Shown here piece by piece: positions 10,384 through 18,144 of a stretch of 32,000 nt of DNA (position 1 is its first letter; every line of letters begins with the position of its first letter). Below the pieces are notes generated by a model, which ran no database searches, was not told the origin of the DNA, and was given only the letters and a program-made list of their open reading frames with translations. The stretch is from Halorhodospira halophila SL1 (lineage in GTDB: Bacteria > Pseudomonadota > Gammaproteobacteria > Nitrococcales > Halorhodospiraceae): positions 2,460,001 through 2,492,000 of the forward strand of contig NC_008789.1 of the NCBI RefSeq assembly GCF_000015585.1, given 5' to 3'. A program made the position numbers and the translations under genes.

Positions 10384-10560
10384 CTCTCTGCCTCCTGTCT
10401 GTCCGGGTGCCCGACCCGCGGCACCGGAGACAGAGAGACGGCGGAGGATCCGTCAGTAGGCCGGTACCCCGGGGCGGGCGTTGGTTCGCGGTACAACGTC
10501 GTTGTTCGACGTACTGCCGTTACCGTCCGGCATGACGGTCTCCTCGTGTGGCTGACACGT
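10384..10560 (-). promoter_or_regulatory. Long structured 5' leader of the MgtE_N-domain gene (candidate translational riboregulator)
   Basis: This is the distance from the predicted promoter (10568-10596) to the ATG at 10383. It contains several exact stems, a small ORF and two mutually exclusive helices next to the SD and AUG (details in findings). Confidence 0.4.
10453..10533 (-). CDS. Candidate 26-codon leader ORF (MPDGNGSTSNNDVVPRTNARPGVPAY)
   Basis: The ATG at 10533-10531 is preceded by GAGGAG with 6-nt spacing. Stop is TGA at 10455-10453. It lies inside the predicted leader, 70 nt upstream of the main ATG. It is too short for coding statistics. Confidence 0.25.
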   Translation of the reverse strand: MPDGNGSTSNNDVVPRTNARPGVPAY

Positions 10561-10567
10561 GTTGCGA

Positions 10568-10596
10568 AATTTAGGGGGCACCCCGCTTGCTGTCAA
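10568..10596 (-). promoter_or_regulatory. Sigma70-type promoter for the MgtE_N-domain gene
   Basis: On the minus strand: TTGACA (10596-10591, perfect -35), an exact 17-nt spacer, then TAAATT (10573-10568). The perfect palindrome ACACGTGT (10555-10562) sits at the expected +1 region. Confidence 0.5.
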
Positions 10597-10622
10597 GCGT
10601 CACCCCGCGCCGACAGGCGATC

Positions 10623-10651
10623 TTGACCCCCTATGCTGCGGCGGCTACTAT
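10623..10651 (+). promoter_or_regulatory. Sigma70-type promoter for rpmE2(-gltA)
   Basis: TTGACC (10623-10628), a 17-nt spacer, then TACTAT (10646-10651), about 50 nt upstream of the rpmE2 ATG. It is back to back with the divergent promoter at 10568-10596. Confidence 0.5.
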
Positions 10652-10701
10652 CCGCGGTTTAACATGCTCAAGAACGCGGCTGAGTGTCGCAGAGGGTCAC
10701 C

Positions 10702-10965
10702 ATGAAGAAAGACATCCATCCTGAGTACCGTGAAGTCGTTTTCCAGGACATCTCGACGGACTTTTCCTTCCTGACCCGCTCTACGGTCAAGACCGACGAG
10801 ACCATCACCTGGCAGGACGGCAACGAGTACCCGCTGGTCAAGATTGAGGTCTCCAGCCGAAGCCACCCGTTCTTCACGGGCAAGCAGCGTGTGGTCCACT
10901 CTGGTGGCCAGGTCGACCGCTTCCGCAAGCGTTTCGGCATGACCCGGGGCAGCTCCAGCCAGTAA
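10702..10965 (+). CDS. rpmE2: 50S ribosomal protein L31 type B (Cys-less, zinc-independent paralogue type)
   Basis: [16 protein letters not shown]...[13 protein letters not shown]...RFRKRFG closely parallels YkgM-type L31 and contains no CxxC motif. I use the ATG at 10702 (SD AGAGGG at 10691-10696) rather than the GTG at 10684 from the ORF track. Confidence 0.9.
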   Translation: MKKDIHPEYREVVFQDISTDFSFLTRSTVKTDETITWQDGNEYPLVKIEVSSRSHPFFTGKQRVVHSGGQVDRFRKRFGMTRGSSSQ

Positions 10966-11019
10966 CCCCGGGCCGCCTGCACCGGGCGCGGTCTCCCAAG
11001 GCAGCAGCGGAGGGGCATC

Positions 11020-12324
11020 ATGACGTCGAAAACCGTCACCGTCACCGACAACACCACCGGTCACAGCATCGAGATGCCCATCCGCGAGGGGACGCATGGG
11101 CCGGGCGTCGTCGATATCCAGAACCTCTACAAGGAGTTCGGATACTTCACGTACGATGCCGGCTTCACCTCGACCGCGAGCTGCCGCAGCGACATCACCT
11201 TCATCGATGGTGAGAACGGCATCCTGCTCTATCGCGGTTACCCCATCGAAGAGCTCGCCGAGAACAGCAACTTCCTCGAGGTCTCCTACCTCCTGCTCCA
11301 CGGCGAGCTGCCGACCAAGGACGAGCTGGACCAGTTCAACCGGGCGGTCACCGAGCACGCCATGATCAACGAGTCGTTGAAGGACTTCTTCGACGGCTTC
11401 CACTACAACGCTCACCCCATGGCCATGCTCACCGGCGTGGTGGCGTCCCTGTCGGCCTTCTACCACGACGCCATCAAGCTCGGCGACCCGCGCAACCGGA
11501 TGCTCACCTGCCACCGCGTGCTGGCCAAGATGCCGACCATCGCCGCCGCGGCCTACAAGCACATGGCAGGCGAGCCGTTCGTCTACCCGCTCAACCGGCT
11601 CTACTACACCGAGAACCTGCTCAACATGCTGTTCTCGCGCCCCACGGAGCCGTACGAGATCAACCCGATCCACGCCAGGGCACTGGATCAGCTGCTGATC
11701 CTCCACGCCGACCACGAGCAGAACGCCTCGACCTCCACGGTCCGCCTGGCCAGCTCCACCGGCACCAATCCGTTCGCCTCCATCGCCTGTGGTTGCGCTG
11801 CGCTGTGGGGGCCCGCCCACGGCGGTGCCAACGAGGCGGTGCTGAACATGCTCCACGAAATCGGCGATATCAGCCAAGTCCCGAAGTACATCGACAAGGC
11901 CAAGGACAAGGACGATCCCTTCCGTTTGATGGGCTTCGGCCACCGGGTCTACAAGAACTTCGACCCGCGGGCGCGGATCATCCGCAAGACCTGCCACGAG
12001 GTCCTCAACGACCTGGGCATCGAGAACGACCCGCAGCTGGAGCTGGCCATGGAGCTCGAGGAGCGGGCGCTGGAGGACGATTACTTCGTCGAGCGCAAGC
12101 TCTACCCCAATGTCGATTTCTATTCGGGGATTATCTATCGGGCCCTGGGCATCCCCACGGATTTCTTCACGGTGATGTTCGCCCTCGGCCGCACCCCCGG
12201 GTGGTTAGCCCAGTGGAACGAGATGGTGGCCGATCCGGAGCAGCGCATCGGGCGGCCACGCCAGCTCTACACCGGCGCGGCGCGGCGGGAGTACATCCCC
12301 GTCGATCAGCGCAAGAAGGGTTAA
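11020..12324 (+). CDS. gltA: Citrate synthase (type II)
   Basis: 434 aa with typical GltA strings ([54 protein letters not shown]). SD GGAGGGG lies upstream of the ATG. Confidence 0.95.
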   Translation: MTSKTVTVTDNTTGHSIEMPIREGTHGPGVVDIQNLYKEFGYFTYDAGFTSTASCRSDITFIDGENGILLYRGYPIEELAENSNFLEVSYLLLHGELPTKDELDQFNRAVTEHAMINESLKDFFDGFHYNAHPMAMLTGVVASLSAFYHDAIKLGDPRNRMLTCHRVLAKMPTIAAAAYKHMAGEPFVYPLNRLYYTENLLNMLFSRPTEPYEINPIHARALDQLLILHADHEQNASTSTVRLASSTGTNPFASIACGCAALWGPAHGGANEAVLNMLHEIGDISQVPKYIDKAKDKDDPFRLMGFGHRVYKNFDPRARIIRKTCHEVLNDLGIENDPQLELAMELEERALEDDYFVERKLYPNVDFYSGIIYRALGIPTDFFTVMFALGRTPGWLAQWNEMVADPEQRIGRPRQLYTGAARREYIPVDQRKKG

Positions 12325-12355
12325 GACCCGCCCCGAGGGCGCACTCCGGGCCGTT

Positions 12356-12410
12356 CCCCGGGGCCGCGCCGCCGCAGACACCGGGGCGGGAGCACCCGAC
12401 GGCCCCGGGG
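12356..12410. terminator. GC-rich palindromic region between convergent gltA and the 209-aa gene (possible bidirectional terminator)
   Basis: CCCCGGGGCCG (12356-12366) is the exact complement of CGGCCCCGGGG (12400-12410). Both arms are also locally self-complementary. No U-tracts are present. Confidence 0.3.
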
Positions 12411-12415
12411 CGTTG

Positions 12416-13045
12416 CTACTCCTCTCCCACCGCCTCCTCCAGCAAGGCGGAGACCTCCGCCACCCCGGCGCGCTCCATCGCCCCTCCATGCACCTCGCTG
12501 CGCGGCGGCTCCCGTAGCCCGGCCTCCGAGAAGACCGTCAGTTCCACCTCGGTATCCCCGGCCAGGAACCGGAACATGGGCTGGATGGACCAGCCGTCGC
12601 GGCCGAAGCGCAAGCGCCGCTCATCGGACTCGAAGGGGATCCGCCGGTCCATAAGGAACATCAAGACCGTCTCGGGGGTATCGGCAAACAGGTGCAACTG
12701 CACCGGCGATTCAGTATCCGCGGTGCCGGAGAGCACCGGCCCCACCAACCGCGGGCGAAAATCAGCAAAGAACGACATGGCCTCCAGGGCGCGCTGGCGC
12801 AGGTGGCGCAGCGCCGCCTCATGCTCTTCGCCGCCGAAGACGGCACGATACTCCAGCAGCGCGTCGTGGATCTCCTGATTGCCGGGGAGGTTGCGGGTAT
12901 TGCTGGCACCGAGGCGCTCCGCGGCCTTCCGCTTGGCGGCGAAGTAGTCGCGCACCCCGTCCTCGGCCATCAGCCGCGCCGCCTCGCGAATCAGACTCAA
13001 GCGCATGCGCTCATCGCGTTGATGGTTGGCTCCTCTGCGTCCCAT
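12416..13045 (-). CDS. Conserved-looking hypothetical protein, probably co-transcribed with ponA
   Basis: 209 aa with good G/C third-position bias. SD GGGGGAGGAG precedes the ATG at 13045, which lies 38 nt after the ponA stop on the same strand. I do not recognise the family. Confidence 0.6.
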   Translation of the reverse strand: MGRRGANHQRDERMRLSLIREAARLMAEDGVRDYFAAKRKAAERLGASNTRNLPGNQEIHDALLEYRAVFGGEEHEAALRHLRQRALEAMSFFADFRPRLVGPVLSGTADTESPVQLHLFADTPETVLMFLMDRRIPFESDERRLRFGRDGWSIQPMFRFLAGDTEVELTVFSEAGLREPPRSEVHGGAMERAGVAEVSALLEEAVGEE

Positions 13046-13083
13046 AGCTCCTCCCCCTGCTCCGGCAGTCTGTTGGCACCCGC

Positions 13084-15495
13084 CTAGAAGAGTTCCCGCT
13101 CCGTGTGCTCATCACCACGCTGCCGGCGATCGCTGTCGTCACGGACCGGGACGGTCTCCTCGCGGAAGGTCTCGAAAATGGCGTCAGGGTTCTCGGAGCT
13201 GGTGGCCCGCCCCGACTCCGGGTCGATGCGCACCGTGACCAAGCCGCCCGGGCGCGGCATGGGGCGCTCCTCGACCCCGTCGAGGGCTACGGACATAAAG
13301 CGGGCCCAGATGGGCAGGGCGGCCGAAGCACCGGTTTCGCCACGCCCCAGGCTGCGCTGGTCGTCGAAACCGATCCACGCCGTGGCCACCAGATCCTGGT
13401 TGTACCCCACGAACCAGGCGTCGCGCAGATCGTTGGTGGTACCGGTCTTGCCGGCCAGGTCCCCGCGATCGAGCACCCGCCGCACGCCCCGTCCGGTGCC
13501 ACGCTCAATGACGTCGGCGAGCATATCGCTGATCAGCCAGGCGTTGTCTTCCGGCAGGACACGCTCTGCCGGGGGCGGCAGATCGAACAGGCCAGTGCGG
13601 TCACCGGGCACCGAGGCCATGGGCAGGTCGTCACGGCAGAGCTCACACGCCTCCGGAAACTCGGGCTCGAAGACCACTTCACCGGCGCCGTCTTCCACCC
13701 GCTCGATGATATTGGGGAAGACGCGGTAGCCACCGTTGGCGAACGCCGCAAAGGCGTTCGACATCTGCAGCGGAGTGGCGCTATTGCTGCCCAGCGCCAG
13801 GGAGAGATCCCGCGGCAGGCTCTCCGGCGGGAAGCCCATACGCACGGCATGGGCGATAGTCGGGTCGATCCCCACATCGCGCAGCACCCGGATCGACACC
13901 AGGTTGCGCGAGAAGACCAGGGCCTCGCGCAGCCGGGTCGGGCCATAGAACCGCCCCGAGTAGTTGCCGGGGCGCCAGTAGCTCTCCAGGGCGTCGTCCC
14001 GGAAGACCACCGGGGCGTCGTTGACCAGGGTGGCCGGCGTGTAGCCGCCTTCCAGGGCCGCCGAGTAGATGAACGGCTTGAAGACCGACCCCGTCTGACG
14101 CCGCGCCTGGACCGCCCGGTTGAAGGAGCTGAGGCGGAAATCGAACCCACCGGCCAGGGCCCGCACGCGCCCGTCCAGCGGATCCTGGGCGACCAGCGCG
14201 CCGGAGACGTCGGGCACGGCGCTGAGCGCCGCCCGCCCCTCGCCCTGCGGCATCACCCGCACGATATCGCCGACCTCGAGCACGTCACCCGCCTCTTCCG
14301 GGGCCGGGCCGCGCCGATTGGCACCCCGGTAGGCACGCGCCCACTCCATGGTCTCGAAGTCCACCTGCAGCACCCGCCCGCCCCGGGGCCAGACCCAGGC
14401 CGCCTCGGGCTCTACGGCGAGCACCACGGCCGCTTGCAGGCCGCCGAACGGCGGGTGTTCCCCCAGCACCTCGTTCATGGCCGCCGGGTCGCCGACGGCC
14501 TGCGCGTCCATGCTGCCTTCGGGGCCCCGGTAGCCGTGGCGCTGGTCGTAATCGCGCAACCCGCTGCGCAGGGCACGGTTGGCCGCCTCCTGGCGGTCCT
14601 TCTCGATGGTGGTATAGACCGTATAGCCGCCGGTATACGCCTCCTCGGCCCCGTAGCGCTCGGTCATGGTGCGGCGGACCATCTCCCCGGCGTAACGGGC
14701 ATCCACACGGCTGCGCGGGGCGTGCAGTTCCGCGGTTACCGGTGCGGCCATAGCCTCCTGATAACGCTCCGGGCTGATGAAGCCCTCGTTGAGCATCCGC
14801 CCAAGGACGTAGGCACGCCGCTGCAGGGCCAACCGGGGATTGCGGATGGGGTTGGCGGCCGAGGGCGCCTTGGGCAGACCGGCAATCATCGCCATCTGGG
14901 CCAGATCCAGCTCATCCAGGTCCTTGCCGTAATAGACCTGGGCGGCGGCAGCAACGCCGTAGGCGCGATTGCCCAGGTAGATCTTGTTGAGATAGAGCTC
15001 GAGGATCTCCTCCTTGGACAGGGTGCGCTCGATCTGCAGCGCCAGCAGGATCTCGTTGACCTTGCGCAGGATGGTGACTTCGCGCGAGAGGAAGAAATTG
15101 CGCGCAACCTGCATGGTGATGGTCGACCCCCCCGGGCCGAAGGAGCGCTCGCGGGCCACGTGGCTCACCGCCCGCGCCAGGCCCTGATAGTCGACCCCCG
15201 GGTGCTCGTAGAAGCGGTCGTCCTCAGCGGCGATGAACGCCAGCAACAGGTCCGTGGGGATGTCGTCGATATCCTCCGGTTGGCGGCGCTGCTCGCCGTA
15301 CTCGGCGATCAGCTCGCCCTCGGCGCTGACAACACGCAGCGGCTGCTGGAAGCGCACGTCGCGCAGCGACTCCGCATCGGGCAACTGCGGAGCAAGCACC
15401 AGCAGGGCATAAGCCACCGCCGCGGCACCCAGCACGGCGCCGGAACCGACCAGGGTGAGGGTGCTGTAAAGGAGGATACGCAGGAATCGCTTCAT
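13084..15495 (-). CDS. mrcA: Penicillin-binding protein 1A (bifunctional transglycosylase/transpeptidase)
   Basis: 803 aa with an N-terminal membrane anchor, the GT51 motifs (AAEDDRFYEHPGVD, GGSTITMQVARN) and transpeptidase motifs (SVFKP, KTGTTND). Confidence 0.93.
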   Translation of the reverse strand: MKRFLRILLYSTLTLVGSGAVLGAAAVAYALLVLAPQLPDAESLRDVRFQQPLRVVSAEGELIAEYGEQRRQPEDIDDIPTDLLLAFIAAEDDRFYEHPGVDYQGLARAVSHVARERSFGPGGSTITMQVARNFFLSREVTILRKVNEILLALQIERTLSKEEILELYLNKIYLGNRAYGVAAAAQVYYGKDLDELDLAQMAMIAGLPKAPSAANPIRNPRLALQRRAYVLGRMLNEGFISPERYQEAMAAPVTAELHAPRSRVDARYAGEMVRRTMTERYGAEEAYTGGYTVYTTIEKDRQEAANRALRSGLRDYDQRHGYRGPEGSMDAQAVGDPAAMNEVLGEHPPFGGLQAAVVLAVEPEAAWVWPRGGRVLQVDFETMEWARAYRGANRRGPAPEEAGDVLEVGDIVRVMPQGEGRAALSAVPDVSGALVAQDPLDGRVRALAGGFDFRLSSFNRAVQARRQTGSVFKPFIYSAALEGGYTPATLVNDAPVVFRDDALESYWRPGNYSGRFYGPTRLREALVFSRNLVSIRVLRDVGIDPTIAHAVRMGFPPESLPRDLSLALGSNSATPLQMSNAFAAFANGGYRVFPNIIERVEDGAGEVVFEPEFPEACELCRDDLPMASVPGDRTGLFDLPPPAERVLPEDNAWLISDMLADVIERGTGRGVRRVLDRGDLAGKTGTTNDLRDAWFVGYNQDLVATAWIGFDDQRSLGRGETGASAALPIWARFMSVALDGVEERPMPRPGGLVTVRIDPESGRATSSENPDAIFETFREETVPVRDDSDRRQRGDEHTERELF

Positions 15496-15551
15496 CGGGG
15501 ACGGGGCGCGGGCGCCTTGGCAAACTCTGTGGGCAGTATACTGACCACCTC

Positions 15552-15579
15552 TTGCACGGGCGAGTTCCCGGTTTATAGT
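15552..15579 (+). promoter_or_regulatory. Candidate sigma70 promoter for the pilM-like operon
   Basis: TTGCAC (15552-15557), a 16-nt spacer, then TATAGT (15574-15579), in the ponA/pilM-like divergent spacer. Confidence 0.4.
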
Positions 15580-15652
15580 AGGGGCGTCAATGCCTGCCGC
15601 CCGCCAGGGACCGGCGGCGGCACGGGAACCAGCGTCTCAGGGAGGAGACGGG

Positions 15653-17029
15653 ATGCCCCTGCCCAGCACCGCGACGATCGGCGTCGCTGTGGCCGGACGT
15701 GCCGTACATGTCTGTCTGCGCCGGCGCAGCCGCTACGCCTACACCGCTGAAACCATCCATGCCCCGGGGGCGAACGGCCGCCGTGATGCCCTGCGCGCGG
15801 CCTGCCGGCGCCTGGGGGTCGGCCGCTCCCGGGCGGCACTGGCGCTGCCCGAGGGCCGCGTGCAGCGCCGCCTGCTCGCCTTGCCAACCCCCCTGCGCCG
15901 CTCCGAGTATCGGGCCGTGCTGCGTCTGCACGTGCGCCGTGCCCTGCCCGCCCCGGCCTCCGTCTGGCGTTACTGCCTCAGCAGCGAGCACCACCGGCCG
16001 CACCTGCTCGCCGCGCGCCATACCGACCTCCAGGCCGGGCAAACCCTGCTGCGCGACGCCGGCCTGCGACCGGTCGCACTCGTCGCCAGCCGCGACGCCC
16101 TGGCCCACGCTGCCGGGGCGCCCCCGCAGCCCCTGCCGGACACTCCGGGCGCCCGCCTGGCACGCGCCCTGGCCGAGGCCGCCCGCCGCCCCGGGCCCAA
16201 CAACCTGCTGCACGCCCGGAACCCGAGCGCCCACGGCGCCGATCACTCCCTGCGCACCGCTGCCGGGGCGGCACTGGCCATCGGGCTGGCCGGTGTAGCC
16301 GCCCACGCCCACTGGGGTGCGCCGACGGGCAGCTTCGGGAGCCACGACGCCACCAACACCGCCGAAGATAGGTCGCCCTCGCCACCCCCTGAACCCGACC
16401 CGGACCCGGAGCCGCCGACCGCCGAACCAGCCCCCCCCGCCGAGCCGGCGTCACAGCTCCCCCCGGATCCCGCGGACGCACGGCGCCAGGCGATCCCCGG
16501 GTGGCTCGACACCCTGGCCAAGGCGCTGCCCGAGGGGACCCGCCTCAAGACGGTGGAGCTGGGCGAGACCCTGGCCATCGAGGCCGTTACCGCGCAACCC
16601 GAGCACACCGAGGCGTACCTGAACGCCCTGCAGGAGGCGGGCTTCGAGGCGGTTCACCTGGCGCAGATGCGCCGCACCGAGCACGGCCTCCGCCGGCTAT
16701 CCCTGCGGGGCCGACCGCAGCTCAGGGACGAGCCACCCGCCGCACCGCCCGAGACGACACTGCGTGAGCAACTCGGCGACCTCAGCCGAGAGCTCGAGGC
16801 CCACGGGCTGGTCCTCGAAGACCTGCACCGGCAAGAGGGCGACGACGACGAGGTGGTCGCCCGGCTGCACATCGCCGGCGAGTACGCCGCGCTGCGGGAG
16901 TGGCTGGCCGCGGAGGCCGAGTCGTCCCGCCGGCGCGGCGTGCACCGCCTGCACCTGCACGCCGCCGAGCCGCCCCGGCTCGAGGCGGAGGTGACCATCG
17001 CCCTGCACCCACCCGAGGTCCAGCCATGA
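15653..17029 (+). CDS. Fused PilM-like / PilN-like / PilO-like pilus-alignment protein (single polypeptide, about 458 aa)
   Basis: I prefer the ATG at 15653, which has SD GGAGGAG. The N-terminal roughly 190 aa resembles the start of PilM/HofM (IGVAVAGRAVHVCL...ALALPEGRVQRRLLALP...). One TM helix follows (AAGAALAIGLAGVAAHA, about 16249-16314), then a Pro-rich linker. Next is a PilN-like block (WLDTLAKALPEGTRLKTVELGETLAIEAVT...YLNALQEAGFEAVHL). Last is a PilO-like C-terminal block (VVARLHIAGEYAALREWLAAEAESSRRRGVHRLHLHAA...LEAEVTIALH). The gene sits divergent from ponA, the classical pilM/hofM position. Confidence 0.6.
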   Translation: MPLPSTATIGVAVAGRAVHVCLRRRSRYAYTAETIHAPGANGRRDALRAACRRLGVGRSRAALALPEGRVQRRLLALPTPLRRSEYRAVLRLHVRRALPAPASVWRYCLSSEHHRPHLLAARHTDLQAGQTLLRDAGLRPVALVASRDALAHAAGAPPQPLPDTPGARLARALAEAARRPGPNNLLHARNPSAHGADHSLRTAAGAALAIGLAGVAAHAHWGAPTGSFGSHDATNTAEDRSPSPPPEPDPDPEPPTAEPAPPAEPASQLPPDPADARRQAIPGWLDTLAKALPEGTRLKTVELGETLAIEAVTAQPEHTEAYLNALQEAGFEAVHLAQMRRTEHGLRRLSLRGRPQLRDEPPAAPPETTLREQLGDLSRELEAHGLVLEDLHRQEGDDDEVVARLHIAGEYAALREWLAAEAESSRRRGVHRLHLHAAEPPRLEAEVTIALHPPEVQP

Positions 17030-18144
17030 GCGGTCGACTGCGATCCGGAGCGGCCGCGTTGCTATTGATCGCTCTGCCTGTCTTCGCGGCCCCACCTGAT
17101 CCGTTTCAGGGTCGGGTGGACGAGGAGGGCGCAACCCGGCCGGAGCCCGCCCTGCGCACCCTGCCCCTGGTCCACGCCGAGGCTGCGCAGCTCGCGGAAC
17201 TCCTGCGCGACGAGACCGGCGTGCTCTCAGAGAGCGGCCACGCCAGCGTCGATGAACGCACCAACACGCTGATCCTCCAGGACACGCCGGCCCGCCTGGA
17301 AGAGGCCGAACAGCTCGTCCGCGAACTCGATCGGGCCAACCGTCAGGTCATGATTGAGGCGCGCATCGTGTTGGCCTCGGGGGAGTACTCCCGGGAGTTG
17401 GGCAGCCGACTGGGGCTATCCAGCGAACGGGGCGACGGCCACTTCGCCTTCGACAGCCTGCCCGGGAGCAACGACGCGGCTGTGGGCGACGGGCTTCTTG
17501 CCGAGCTGCCGCCGGTGGGCGAAGGCGCGCGGCTGAGCGTCTCAGTTGGCGAGGTGGGCGAGCGGCTGCTACAGCTCGAACTCTCGGCGATGGAGGCCGA
17601 GGGACACGGGCGCGTGGTCTCCAGCCCGCGGGTCCTGACCACCGAGCGCCAGGCCGCCCGCATCGAGCAGGGCGTCCAGATCCCCTACCAGGAGACCGCC
17701 GAGTCCGGTGCCACGGCGGTCGCCTTCCAGGACGCTGCCCTGTCCCTGACCGCCACCCCGCAGGTGACCGAGGACGACGCAGTCTCCCTGGCCCTGCGCG
17801 TCACCAAGGACGCCGTCGGCCAGATCTACGAGGGGGTTCCCAGCATCGACACCCAGGCCGTGACCACGCACCTTCGAGTCCAGGCCGGTGAGACCATCGT
17901 CCTCGGCGGAGTCCGCGAACACGAACAGCGCAAGCAGCGCCAGAGGGTCCCGTGGCTCGGAGAACTGCCTCTCATTGGCTGGCTGTTCCGCCAGCGCATG
18001 TCCGAGCAGAGCCACCATGAGCTGCTGGTCTTCGTCACCCCGCGCCTGGTCGAGGACGGCCCGTCCTCATCGACGGCCGTTGACGACGCCGCCCCCCGCC
18101 CCCACATTGACTCACCCAGCCGAACAACCGAGGACGATTGGTGA
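17026..18144 (+). CDS. Short secretin (PilQ/HofQ family): signal peptide, one Secretin_N-type domain and the secretin core
   Basis: The ATG at 17026 overlaps the upstream stop (ATGA), with GAGG 7 nt upstream. The signal peptide is MSGRLRSGAAALLLIALPVFA. An N1-like block is present (DERTNTLILQDTPARLEEAEQLVRELDRANRQVMIEARIV). The secretin core includes SSPRVLTTERQAARIEQG and VPWLGELPLIGWLFR...ELLVFVTPRLV. Confidence 0.85.
   Translation: MSGRLRSGAAALLLIALPVFAAPPDPFQGRVDEEGATRPEPALRTLPLVHAEAAQLAELLRDETGVLSESGHASVDERTNTLILQDTPARLEEAEQLVRELDRANRQVMIEARIVLASGEYSRELGSRLGLSSERGDGHFAFDSLPGSNDAAVGDGLLAELPPVGEGARLSVSVGEVGERLLQLELSAMEAEGHGRVVSSPRVLTTERQAARIEQGVQIPYQETAESGATAVAFQDAALSLTATPQVTEDDAVSLALRVTKDAVGQIYEGVPSIDTQAVTTHLRVQAGETIVLGGVREHEQRKQRQRVPWLGELPLIGWLFRQRMSEQSHHELLVFVTPRLVEDGPSSSTAVDDAAPRPHIDSPSRTTEDDW

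Noticed and set aside
10384-10560. Known M-box (Mg2+) riboswitch in the leader of the MgtE_N-domain gene.
   Set aside because: I cannot align the leader to the M-box consensus from memory, so it is reported only as an unclassified structured leader. A covariance-model search is needed.
10597-10701. Zur box upstream of the type B L31 gene.
   Set aside because: No AT-rich inverted repeat resembling known Zur operators is present. Only GC-rich CCGCG/CGCGG symmetry is seen.
15518-15535. Sigma54-like TGGCA...GGGCA element in the ponA/pilM-like spacer; also the palindrome AGTATACT at 15535-15542.
   Set aside because: The GG to GC spacing is two nt longer than the -24/-12 consensus, so it is not a credible sigma54 promoter. 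The 8-bp palindrome alone is too short to call an operator.
15590-15652. N-terminal extension of the PilM-like ORF (start at 15590), and the 16900-17025 extension of the secretin ORF.
   Set aside because: The internal ATGs at 15653 (SD GGAGGAG) and 17026 (ATGA coupling, followed by a signal peptide) give biologically sensible N-termini. The extensions are Arg/Pro/Ala-rich and, for the secretin, would overlap the upstream gene by 130 nt.
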